IMG/VR virus record: IMGVR_UViG_3300029249_000134
Location: 1-6,295 of that record
Strand: one strand, 5' to 3'
DNA from: a virus
Lineage: Duplodnaviria; Heunggongvirae; Uroviricota; Caudoviricetes
Length of the DNA stretch: 6,295 nucleotides
Shown piece after piece: positions 1 to 5,586 of this stretch. The notes beneath the pieces are model-generated. The model searched no databases. It was given only the letters and a program-made list of their open reading frames with translations, and had not been told where the DNA came from. Each line of letters opens with the position of its first letter. The stretch's first letter is position 1. Both the position numbers and the translations under genes were made by a program.

Positions 1-1685
1 ACCAGTTGCTGCGCCTCTGTCTGCGAAAAAATCTCCGGATCATCAGGAAAACGGATGGCATACGACGTGGCTTCATCCGCAGGCGTGGGATCGGCTTTCA
101 TACGGGCATAGAGAATTTCTTTTGCGGTGTCCGTTCCCACTTCACACAGATACACGCCCCGCTGATTGCGGGTTTTTGGCATGGTGATCACCGGCTTGCC
201 ATAGACAGATGCGCCTTTTACCGGCAGCACCCGGAAAACACCGTGTTTTTTTGATCTCTGATAAACAATTTCACCATCGATCCCCCCGGTGTCCCAGCAG
301 ACACGGGAAATAGTCATTTCGGTGCCATCCGCATGGCGGTATTTTTTGTTGATCGCCGCATCCACACGTAACAGCGTCTCTTCCTCATCAGGACGCCCCA
401 TAATGATGATTTTATCCACCAGAAAGGCTTCCTCTCCCAGAGCCCATCCCCAGACATACATCTCAAAACGGTTTCGCTGCGAGTCAATGCCCGCCGTCAG
501 ATAAACCACCCGGGCAGGCACCGCCGCCGTGTAACGCACCACCTTATCCATCAGTACCTGGTGATCGAGTTTTTCGCCCACGGCCTCTTCCCAGGTCTCG
601 CCCAGCGTGGTGTTCACAAAGGTTTTCAGGCCGTTGGGATCTTTCAGTGCATCCAGCCAGTCATAGACAATCTGTACCCAGGTGGTGAACGGACTGTACG
701 CCGTCCAGATATGGAACGTGATGGAGCGCGGCGGCGGAATTTCATCACCCCGGGCGCTGAAAAACGTCAGACCGTCACGGGTCCACATGCCCGTGTTTTC
801 ACAGATCCACCGCCCGTTACTCTGGTCAAGCTCAGACTGATGGATCACACAGCCATGATGCTCACAAAGGTAGAAAACACTTTCTGGCTTATTCTTCTCC
901 CACTTAAGACCGAAAGGCGAGGCATCATCGCCAAATTTCAGATACTGCTCCTCCCCACAGTGCGGACAGGGCACATAAAAACGCATGAAGTGTGCCGACT
1001 CGTTAGCGGCTTTTTCGATCTGGCAGGTGCCTTTGATTTTAGGCGTCGAGCCGCGAATGGATTTTGGCCACACCGACCCCTCAATACGCTTATCCCCCAG
1101 CAGGGTTGGCGAGCCCTCTTTTTCGACATCCGGCTCGAACGAGGAAAGTTCGTCATAGCAGACCACGTCCACGGATTTTTCACGGTAGTTTTTGGCGGCA
1201 GCGCCGCCCAGGCACCAGAAACCGACGCCCGATGAAAAGCGTTTCAGCGTGAGAGTATTGTCACGATGTTTACGACCCAGCCATGGGGAAAGGTCTTTCA
1301 GGCATGGCACGTTCCGAATCGTCGCCTCCACGTGAGACTTCATAAAATCTTCAGCGGCAGAATCCGTGGGCTGAAAAAGCAGACTGTTTCGGGATTTATG
1401 CTCAATAAAATACCCGACCACCCCCAGCAACATCTTTGTATAGCCAACACGGGCAGATTTAATCAGGTTAACCGTGCGAACCTGGTCGTTACCCATACAG
1501 TTCATAATGGCGATCTGGAATGGCAGCGTTTTCCATTCTCCCTCACCATATGAAGATTCTTTAGGCAGATAATAATTTTGATCAGCCCATTCAACTGCCG
1601 TCATTGGTACAACCCTGACCAGAGGCTGCAGCGCAACCGAAACGGCAGCCATCATATTATTCAGTTGTTGCTCTGATATATTCAT
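1..1685 (-). CDS. A: Terminase large subunit (lambda gpA-like), partial; C-terminal ~80 residues lie beyond the window start
   Basis: Manual minus-strand translation from ATG at 1685 gives MNISEQQLNNMMAAVSVALQPLVRVVPMTAVEWADQNYYLPKESSYGEGEWKTLPFQIAIMN..., then ...KRFSSGVGFWCLGGAAAKNYREKSVDVVCYDELSSFEPD... and ...YVPCPHCGEEQYLKFGD..., ending at the window edge with ...AIRFPDDPEIFSQTEAQQL. Frame is open across all 1685 nt and matches remembered lambda gpA (MNIS start, AVEWAD, C-terminal FPNNPDIFDLTEAQQL). Start overlaps the Nu1-like gene by 29 nt, as in lambda. Not in the ORF track because it has no in-window stop. Confidence 0.93.
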   Translation of the reverse strand, partial: MNISEQQLNNMMAAVSVALQPLVRVVPMTAVEWADQNYYLPKESSYGEGEWKTLPFQIAIMNCMGNDQVRTVNLIKSARVGYTKMLLGVVGYFIEHKSRNSLLFQPTDSAAEDFMKSHVEATIRNVPCLKDLSPWLGRKHRDNTLTLKRFSSGVGFWCLGGAAAKNYREKSVDVVCYDELSSFEPDVEKEGSPTLLGDKRIEGSVWPKSIRGSTPKIKGTCQIEKAANESAHFMRFYVPCPHCGEEQYLKFGDDASPFGLKWEKNKPESVFYLCEHHGCVIHQSELDQSNGRWICENTGMWTRDGLTFFSARGDEIPPPRSITFHIWTAYSPFTTWVQIVYDWLDALKDPNGLKTFVNTTLGETWEEAVGEKLDHQVLMDKVVRYTAAVPARVVYLTAGIDSQRNRFEMYVWGWALGEEAFLVDKIIIMGRPDEEETLLRVDAAINKKYRHADGTEMTISRVCWDTGGIDGEIVYQRSKKHGVFRVLPVKGASVYGKPVITMPKTRNQRGVYLCEVGTDTAKEILYARMKADPTPADEATSYAIRFPDDPEIFSQTEAQQL

Positions 1686-2166
1686 CGAGTAAATCCGGTA
1701 ATTTATCCCCTGCCCGCGCACACTGATTTGCCCCCTTCGCAATAAGGGTTTTCAGATGGTCAAGATGGCGCGGTGTTAAATCAGGAAACTGTCGCTGCAT
1801 GGATAAAGGGATGGAATCAAGCGTACTGGATAACGCCATTGCCAGCTTACTGAGGGCAAAAATACAGAACCCGGTGTCAATAAGTTTTCCTTTTGACACC
1901 TCATTTTTTAACTGCTGTGTAACAGCCTGTTCTGCTGTCAGTTCCCATCTGGCAATAAGCAATTTCTCCTCATAGTCGTCTTCGCTATCGCCATCAGGCA
2001 CATCGTTTTTACTTCTCCTCAGATACGATATGTAAAAATCGCGCCAGGCATCCAGATCCAGTTGCCCTCGCTTATTCGATATCGGGGCACCCGGCAATTT
2101 CTGCAATCTGCGAAGCTGGCGATCGGTCAGACTTAAATGCCTGGCAACTTCAGTCTGCGTAGCCAC
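1657..2166 (-). CDS. nu1: Terminase small subunit (Nu1-like); N-terminal DNA-binding domain diverged from lambda, C-terminal half lambda-like
   Basis: 169-aa ORF from the track. C-terminal half (…DTGFCIFALSKLAMALSSTLDSIPLSMQRQFPDLTPRHLDHLK…LPDLLDEYI) aligns by eye with lambda Nu1 (…ETAFCTFVLSRIAGEIASILDGLPLSVQRRFPELENRHVDFLK…IPGLLSEYI). N-terminus (TQTEVARHLSLTDRQLRRLQ) is HTH-like but unlike lambda. GTG start at 2166 with a TGA in frame immediately upstream and GAGG 6 nt upstream. Confidence 0.88.
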   Translation of the reverse strand: MATQTEVARHLSLTDRQLRRLQKLPGAPISNKRGQLDLDAWRDFYISYLRRSKNDVPDGDSEDDYEEKLLIARWELTAEQAVTQQLKNEVSKGKLIDTGFCIFALSKLAMALSSTLDSIPLSMQRQFPDLTPRHLDHLKTLIAKGANQCARAGDKLPDLLDEYIRATTE

Positions 2167-2213
2167 TCCTCACCTCGCAAAAACTCTCACCTCACAATCA
2201 CAACAAAACCGGT

Positions 2214-2225
2214 CATGTCCGGTTT
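2214..2225 (-). repeat. cosB R1-like element (putative small-terminase binding site), motif AAACCGGACATG on the phage strand; sits inside a 7-6-7 palindrome 2206-2225
   Basis: Plus strand catgtccggttt; one of three copies of the same ~11-12 bp motif between the Nu1-like start and cosN. Function inferred by analogy to lambda R1. Confidence 0.55.
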
Positions 2226-2243
2226 ACATGTCTGTTTTTTGTT

Positions 2244-2255
2244 CATGTCCGGTTC
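2244..2255 (-). repeat. cosB R2-like element, same orientation as the R1-like copy
   Basis: Plus strand catgtccggttc, 30 bp from the R1-like copy. Confidence 0.55.
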
Positions 2256-2300
2256 ACAGAAGACCTGTTTTTATATTTTTCATATAGTTAACTTGAAGAG

Positions 2301-2312
2301 AAACCGGACATG
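2301..2312 (+). repeat. cosB R3-like element, inverted relative to R1/R2-like copies and closest to cosN
   Basis: Plus strand aaaccggacatg. Separated from the R2-like copy by an A/T-tract spacer (2256-2300, tttttatatttttcatatag) where lambda has the IHF site I1. The inverted R3 / spacer / R2 / R1 layout mirrors lambda cosB. Confidence 0.55.
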
Positions 2313-2349
2313 GATCCCGGAAAATTTTCATAAATAGCGAAAACCCGCG

Positions 2350-2361
2350 AGGTCGCCGCCC
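2350..2361. other. cosN cohesive-end site (12-nt overhang GGGCGGCGACCT on the minus strand), within a 45-bp block (2317-2361) identical to the lambda left end
   Basis: Reverse complement of 2317-2361 is GGGCGGCGACCTCGCGGGTTTTCGCTATTTATGAAAATTTTCCGG, matching the lambda genome start from memory. The adjacent 2362-2370 (reverse complement ccggttacg) resembles the lambda right-end terminus. Lies ~185 bp upstream of the Nu1-like start, as in lambda. Confidence 0.85.
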
Positions 2362-2396
2362 CGTAACCGGTCGGATCGCCGGAAAGGACCCACGAA

Positions 2397-2413
2397 ATGA
2401 TAATGATTATCAT
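2397..2413. promoter_or_regulatory. Perfect 8-1-8 palindrome ATGATAATgATTATCAT (Fur-box-like operator candidate) abutting a TATATA -10-like hexamer (2415-2420)
   Basis: Read directly. 2399-2413 GATAATGATTATCAT matches 14 of the first 15 positions of the Fur consensus GATAATGATAATCATTATC. Lies ~36 bp beyond cosN and ~150 bp upstream of the plus-strand ORF at 2568. Confidence 0.3.
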
Positions 2414-2567
2414 CTATATAAGGTTTATCACAACATGTGTGTACGCCATCAAACCACGAGAAATAATCAATTATGACGCAGGTATCGTATTAATTGATCT
2501 GCGTCAAATTAACGTAAAAGCAACTTCAGATAATACAAATCAGCAACACTGAATATGGGGAAACATT

Positions 2568-2753
2568 ATGTCATCAAAGAACAGAACCCGCAGAACAACA
2601 ACCCGCAACATCCGATTTCCAAACCAGATGATTGAACAAATTAACATCGCTCTTGATCTGAAAGGTTCAGGAAACTTTTCAGCGTGGGTTATTGAAGCCT
2701 GCAGAAGAAGGCTGTCAACAGAGAGTTCGGGTATGAATTACATAATTAAGTAA
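2568..2753 (+). CDS. Small (61 aa) basic protein, ribbon-helix-helix-like putative DNA-binding protein
   Basis: ATG at 2568 preceded by GGGGAAA with 7-nt spacing. Sequence MSSKNRTRRTTTRNIRFPNQMIEQINIALDLKGSGNFSAWVIEACRRRL has a basic N-terminal tail, a short strand (RNIRFP) and two helices, consistent with an Arc/MetJ/CopG-type fold. Opposite strand to the Nu1-like gene. Positionally reminiscent of ylcI/ynfO next to nohD/nohA in E. coli K-12 cryptic prophages, but the sequence match is not verified. Confidence 0.6.
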   Translation: MSSKNRTRRTTTRNIRFPNQMIEQINIALDLKGSGNFSAWVIEACRRRLSTESSGMNYIIK

Positions 2754-3382
2754 CATGGTGTTCACAGAACACGCAGTTACCGGACACATCAGTTTTCCAT
2801 TCGCTCCCCGGCAGTACAGGCTTCCCCTCTGACGGGATAGCCTGAAAAAATAACACAGAAAATTATTTGTTATAATTAATATAACTTACTCAAAAAAAAG
2901 CGACGAGAAAATCAGCATCAACGAACAATAAGCGCCAATACGTGATAACAAATGGCAGCCATATTTATCTGCAGTATAAGCAATGGACAGGATAACCACA
3001 CCAGAAACCGTCAGCATAAAATCCATTTGAACTTCCCCGGACAAAATCGACTCATCTAAAGATTTACAGCTCTTTTTATTATCAATATGTTAAAAGTAAA
3101 ATAAACAGATGTTCAATAACACGAATACAAAAACGTGCTGAAATTCAATGAATCCATTTCTGTGTCATCAATTAATAGTGATAAACATCCGGCTTCTTCC
3201 ACCATCGCACCGGACATGCGACTATGAGGGGACAACGCCGCGCTCCGTTAACGCGGTAAACCCCGGTGTGTATCGTTTTTGATTATCCCCGCACACTCGC
3301 ACAGAGGAGTCTCCCGGTCGGGCTGCGGTCTCTGTTAATGCGGGAATACGGCGACAATACCGCGCATGGATAATAAGGTCGC

Positions 3383-3607
3383 TCAACACACTGGCTGTAA
3401 TGCAGCGGATACCATGCGGCATTTAGCGGTATTCATCGTACACTCAACGGTTAGCTCTTCATTCGTGGCATTCACCTGAAAGGTCCGGGAGTGTAATTGC
3501 ATACATTTACCACTGAACGAACCTTCAACAAGAACACGACCACGCTGCAAAATACGGAACAGAATTGTTCCCTGAAGAGGCTTTACGGTTACCTGTAATT
3601 TCTTCAT
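3383..3607 (-). CDS. Hypothetical 74-aa protein with four Cys, directly downstream of Rz/Rz1, at the position where lambda has bor on the opposite strand
   Basis: ATG at 3607 with GGAGA 4 nt upstream, 23 bp after the Rz stop. Product MKKLQVTVKPLQGTILFRILQRGRVLVEGSFSGKCMQLHSRTFQVNATNEELTVECTMNTAKCRMVSAALQPVC has no signal peptide or TM segment and is not Bor-like. The track's longer version starts at a TTG (3625). Confidence 0.5.
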   Translation of the reverse strand: MKKLQVTVKPLQGTILFRILQRGRVLVEGSFSGKCMQLHSRTFQVNATNEELTVECTMNTAKCRMVSAALQPVC

Positions 3608-3630
3608 GCATTCTCCGGATAACAAAAATA

Positions 3631-4104
3631 CTAGTTAATACACTGAGTGCGGATATATTCCTGCGCCCCTCCCACCTGCTTCTGCATTGTCATCAACCGT
3701 TCTCTGAGGATGAAATAATCCCGTTCAGCGGTGTCTGCCAGTCGGGGGCCGGTTGCATTATCCACGCCGGAGGTGGTGGGGGCTTCACGCACGGAGCCTG
3801 GACAGGTGGCGTTGATCCGCAGGCGCTTACGACCAGCGGCAACGTCAGCGCGAAGAGTTTCATTTTCAGCTCTCGCATCGGCTAATTCCCTCGAGTATTT
3901 TGCATCGAGCGCAGCAACATCGCGCTGGCGCACCTGCATATCAGTAATGGTTGCGTTCGCCAGCTTCAGTTCACTGGCTTTGTTATCGCGCTGCGCTTTG
4001 TAGGTAATCGCGTTATCACGGTAATGGTCTGTTGCCATCCACAGCGCACCACAGGCCACCAGCAGAATAACGATAAACGCGGAAAGCATTCGGTTTATGT
4101 TCAC
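3631..4104 (-). CDS. Rz: i-spanin Rz
   Basis: Product contains [69 protein letters not shown]…[23 protein letters not shown], near-identical in blocks to remembered lambda Rz, with an N-terminal TM segment. GTG start at 4104 overlaps the upstream ORF stop (GTGA); alternative ATG at 4089. Confidence 0.9.
   Translation of the reverse strand: MNINRMLSAFIVILLVACGALWMATDHYRDNAITYKAQRDNKASELKLANATITDMQVRQRDVAALDAKYSRELADARAENETLRADVAAGRKRLRINATCPGSVREAPTTSGVDNATGPRLADTAERDYFILRERLMTMQKQVGGAQEYIRTQCIN
3693..3878 (-). CDS. Rz1: o-spanin Rz1, lipoprotein embedded in the +1 frame of Rz
   Basis: Product [61 protein letters not shown] has a lipobox (VVSA-C) and the proline-rich core shared with lambda Rz1 ([27 protein letters not shown]). 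Lies entirely within Rz in another frame. Confidence 0.88.
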   Translation of the reverse strand: MRELKMKLFALTLPLVVSACGSTPPVQAPCVKPPPPPAWIMQPAPDWQTPLNGIISSSENG

Positions 4105-4232
4105 CCCAGCAACCCCGACGAAGACAACATCATCCAGGCCATGGAAAGAAAAAGAGCAACCAGCATTAGTGAAAATGAAATGCCGACAATTACACAGAGG
4201 ATCTTCGCCAGCGTTATGAGTTTGTCTGACAT
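4101..4232 (-). CDS. Candidate small single-pass membrane peptide (43 aa) between endolysin and Rz; function unknown
   Basis: ATG at 4232 preceded by AGGGAGGA with 6-nt spacer. Product [43 protein letters not shown] is almost entirely one hydrophobic helix. Its TGA overlaps the Rz GTG start (GTGA), suggesting translational coupling. No homolog recognised. Confidence 0.45.
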   Translation of the reverse strand: MSDKLITLAKILCVIVGISFSLMLVALFLSMAWMMLSSSGLLG

Positions 4233-4246
4233 GCTTAATCCTCCCT

Positions 4247-4429
4247 TCACGATTTCAACGCAATGACCAGTTTTGCCAGCCCATACAGCATCGGGGACAC
4301 AGCAACACCGACCGCCACCCACTTAATGGCAAAAGCCAGTGCTCTGCTGATGTCATCAGTTACAGGCGCTTTCAGTTCAAGGCCGTTTTTCATGGTCAAC
4401 CTCAACAGAATTCGTTTATACTTCGCCAT
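4247..4429 (-). CDS. Candidate small membrane protein (60 aa, amphipathic N-terminus and C-terminal TM) between endolysin and Rz; function unknown
   Basis: ATG at 4429 preceded by AAGGGAGAAC. Product [60 protein letters not shown]. Stop at 4247 is 14 bp before the next ORF's ATG, with that ORF's SD in between. The track's longer version starts at a GTG (4462) inside the hairpin flank; the ATG with SD is preferred. Confidence 0.45.
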   Translation of the reverse strand: MAKYKRILLRLTMKNGLELKAPVTDDISRALAFAIKWVAVGVAVSPMLYGLAKLVIALKS

Positions 4430-4462
4430 GTTCTCCCTTGCCTTACTCAAGGTCAGAAACAC

Positions 4463-4502
4463 AAAACCCCGCTTGGTGCCAACAAACGGGGTTTTTACTT
4501 TT
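4463..4502. terminator. Candidate bidirectional intrinsic terminator: perfect 9-bp stem AAAACCCCG / CGGGGTTTT with 15-nt loop and U-rich tails on both strands
   Basis: Stem arms 4463-4471 and 4487-4495 are perfectly complementary (5 GC pairs). Plus strand continues TTTTTACTTTTATT; minus strand continues TTTTGTGTTTCT. Lies 91 bp after the endolysin stop and just upstream of the 60-aa ORF. Confidence 0.45.
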
Positions 4503-4585
4503 ATTCACTTACGTTTCGCCAGTTCGCAGGATTTCGTGTTATCCGCCCGCGTGGCCATGCCTTATTTTTCAGCAAAATATTCTGC

Positions 4586-5119
4586 TTATCTGTCGATACC
4601 CCAGCACGCCAGCGCGCTCTCCTGGTCACGACGGGATACCTGACCGTAACAGTTGTTTGAACGAATACGGCAGTCTCTGCCACCGTCCTTAATCCACCAG
4701 CGAATCGCCTCACAGGCACCTTTTCGATCGCCTGCATTAATTCGTTTATAAAACGTCGACGGGAAGCACTTACCGGGGCCAATGTTGTACGGACAGAATG
4801 ACGCGATCCCCGCTTTCTGGGGTTCGGTCAGCGGCACTTTGATGTTTTTCTCCACCCATGCCAGCGCCTTGTCACGTTCGATGGCATTAACCCGGTCGCA
4901 TTTTTCCTTTGACAGCTTCATGCCAGGAATAACAGGCTTACCATCCACCAGAATGGCACCACGGCAGATGGTCCAGATCCCCGCACCATCACGGTATGCC
5001 ATGGTGTGGTTACCTTCCTTTTCATCCAGAAACTGGTCGAGGATTTCAGGCGCAGAAGCACCTGCACCAATCAGCGCCAGAACGGCAGCCGACAGGCCGT
5101 ATTTTATTTTTTCGTTCAT
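4586..5119 (-). CDS. R: SAR endolysin (T4-lysozyme-type muramidase with N-terminal signal-anchor-release domain), phage 21 R-like
   Basis: 177-aa product has a weakly hydrophobic Gly/Ala-rich N-terminal segment (YGLSAAVLALIGAGASAP) followed by the catalytic triad spacing E-x8-D-x5-T (EGNHTMAYRDGAGIWT), as in T4 lysozyme and R21. No SD upstream of the ATG at 5119; a 6-bp hairpin (5121-5143) abuts the start. Confidence 0.92.
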   Translation of the reverse strand: MNEKIKYGLSAAVLALIGAGASAPEILDQFLDEKEGNHTMAYRDGAGIWTICRGAILVDGKPVIPGMKLSKEKCDRVNAIERDKALAWVEKNIKVPLTEPQKAGIASFCPYNIGPGKCFPSTFYKRINAGDRKGACEAIRWWIKDGGRDCRIRSNNCYGQVSRRDQESALACWGIDR

Positions 5120-5236
5120 GGGGATTTATCGATTTCTAATCCCTTGATATGTTAGGTATATAATCCAACACTCATGGTCGCTCTCATAAACATATCCCTT
5201 GAGACGCAGCAGATTACAACAAATGAAGCCATATAA

Positions 5237-5551
5237 ATGAACAGTAAAGAAAGTTTGCGCAGAAGATTTTTACAACTAATGACAGAAAACGTTAAATCAG
5301 AGTTACTTCTTCTGATGGCAGATAATAACGAAGCAACAAGCAGCATTCTTGCAGACCCTTACGGTAAGATCTCACATAAAACGCTGGATATTATTACCAC
5401 AACATTAACACCGCTGATGCTTCAACGGCTGAAACATAATATCAACGCATGGGTTAATGAAGAATTAAGTCCTCCCTGCTTATGGGATTCTCGTTACGCA
5501 TGTCAGCAAAAAATGCGAATTTTCAACTTACTATCACCAAAGCTCAGGTAG
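5237..5551 (+). CDS. Hypothetical 104-aa protein encoded opposite to the lysis genes inside an AT-rich insert between holin and endolysin (candidate moron)
   Basis: Track ORF MNSKESLRRRFLQLMTENVKSELLLLMADNNEATSSILADPYGKISHKTLDIITTTLTPLMLQRLKHNINAWVNEELSPPCLWDSRYACQQKMRIFNLLSPKLR. Protein-like composition but weak RBS. Consensus TATAAT at 5159-5164 upstream; 8-bp hairpin 5557-5586 right after the stop. Position and size resemble ydfR between essQ and rrrQ in K-12 Qin, but that is from memory and unverified. Confidence 0.45.
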   Translation: MNSKESLRRRFLQLMTENVKSELLLLMADNNEATSSILADPYGKISHKTLDIITTTLTPLMLQRLKHNINAWVNEELSPPCLWDSRYACQQKMRIFNLLSPKLR

Positions 5552-5556
5552 CCATA

Positions 5557-5586
5557 AAATCCTGCCCTTCATGGCATACAGGATTT
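5557..5586. terminator. Hairpin (8-bp stem AAATCCTG / CAGGATTT, 14-nt loop) immediately 3' of the 5237-5551 ORF; weak terminator candidate
   Basis: Arms 5557-5564 and 5579-5586 are perfectly complementary; tails are only weakly U-rich on either strand. Confidence 0.25.

Noticed and set aside
6-1553. Plus-strand track ORFs 6-254, 289-504, 561-1235, 1064-1252, 1266-1553 and minus ORF 938-1183
   Set aside because: All lie within the minus-strand gpA-like terminase gene, whose frame is open end to end and matches lambda gpA. They are antisense or alternate-frame by-products with odd Arg/Pro-rich composition.
2137-2337. Plus-strand ORF (66 aa) across the Nu1 start and cosB
   Set aside because: Overlaps the cosB repeat array and the Nu1 start; no RBS, low-complexity product. 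The region is better explained as the packaging site.
2806-2838. Imperfect hairpin CCCGgCAG / CTGaCGGG after the RHH-like gene as its terminator
   Set aside because: One mismatch, a 14-nt loop and an A-run rather than a U-run downstream on the plus strand; does not fit an intrinsic terminator well.
2754-3630. Bor lipoprotein gene expected between Rz and cos by analogy to lambda
   Set aside because: No ORF with a signal peptide and lipobox resembling Bor was found on either strand; the position is occupied by the 74-aa ORF and AT-rich DNA.
3565-4266. Plus-strand ORFs 3565-3885, 3731-4003 and 4024-4266
   Set aside because: Antisense to the well-supported Rz/Rz1 genes and the small ORF at 4101-4232; Ala/Ser/Arg-rich translations typical of antisense frames of GC-rich coding DNA.
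4460-4462. GTG start proposed by the track for the 4247-4462 ORF
   Set aside because: It sits inside the hairpin flank with no RBS; the internal ATG at 4429 with AAGGGAGAAC upstream is a far better start.
4263-5147. Plus-strand ORFs 4263-4643, 4438-4692, 4782-5147 and minus ORF 4501-4782
   Set aside because: Overlap the SAR endolysin gene or its flank in other frames or antisense; no RBS and no recognisable domains. The endolysin call explains the coding signal.
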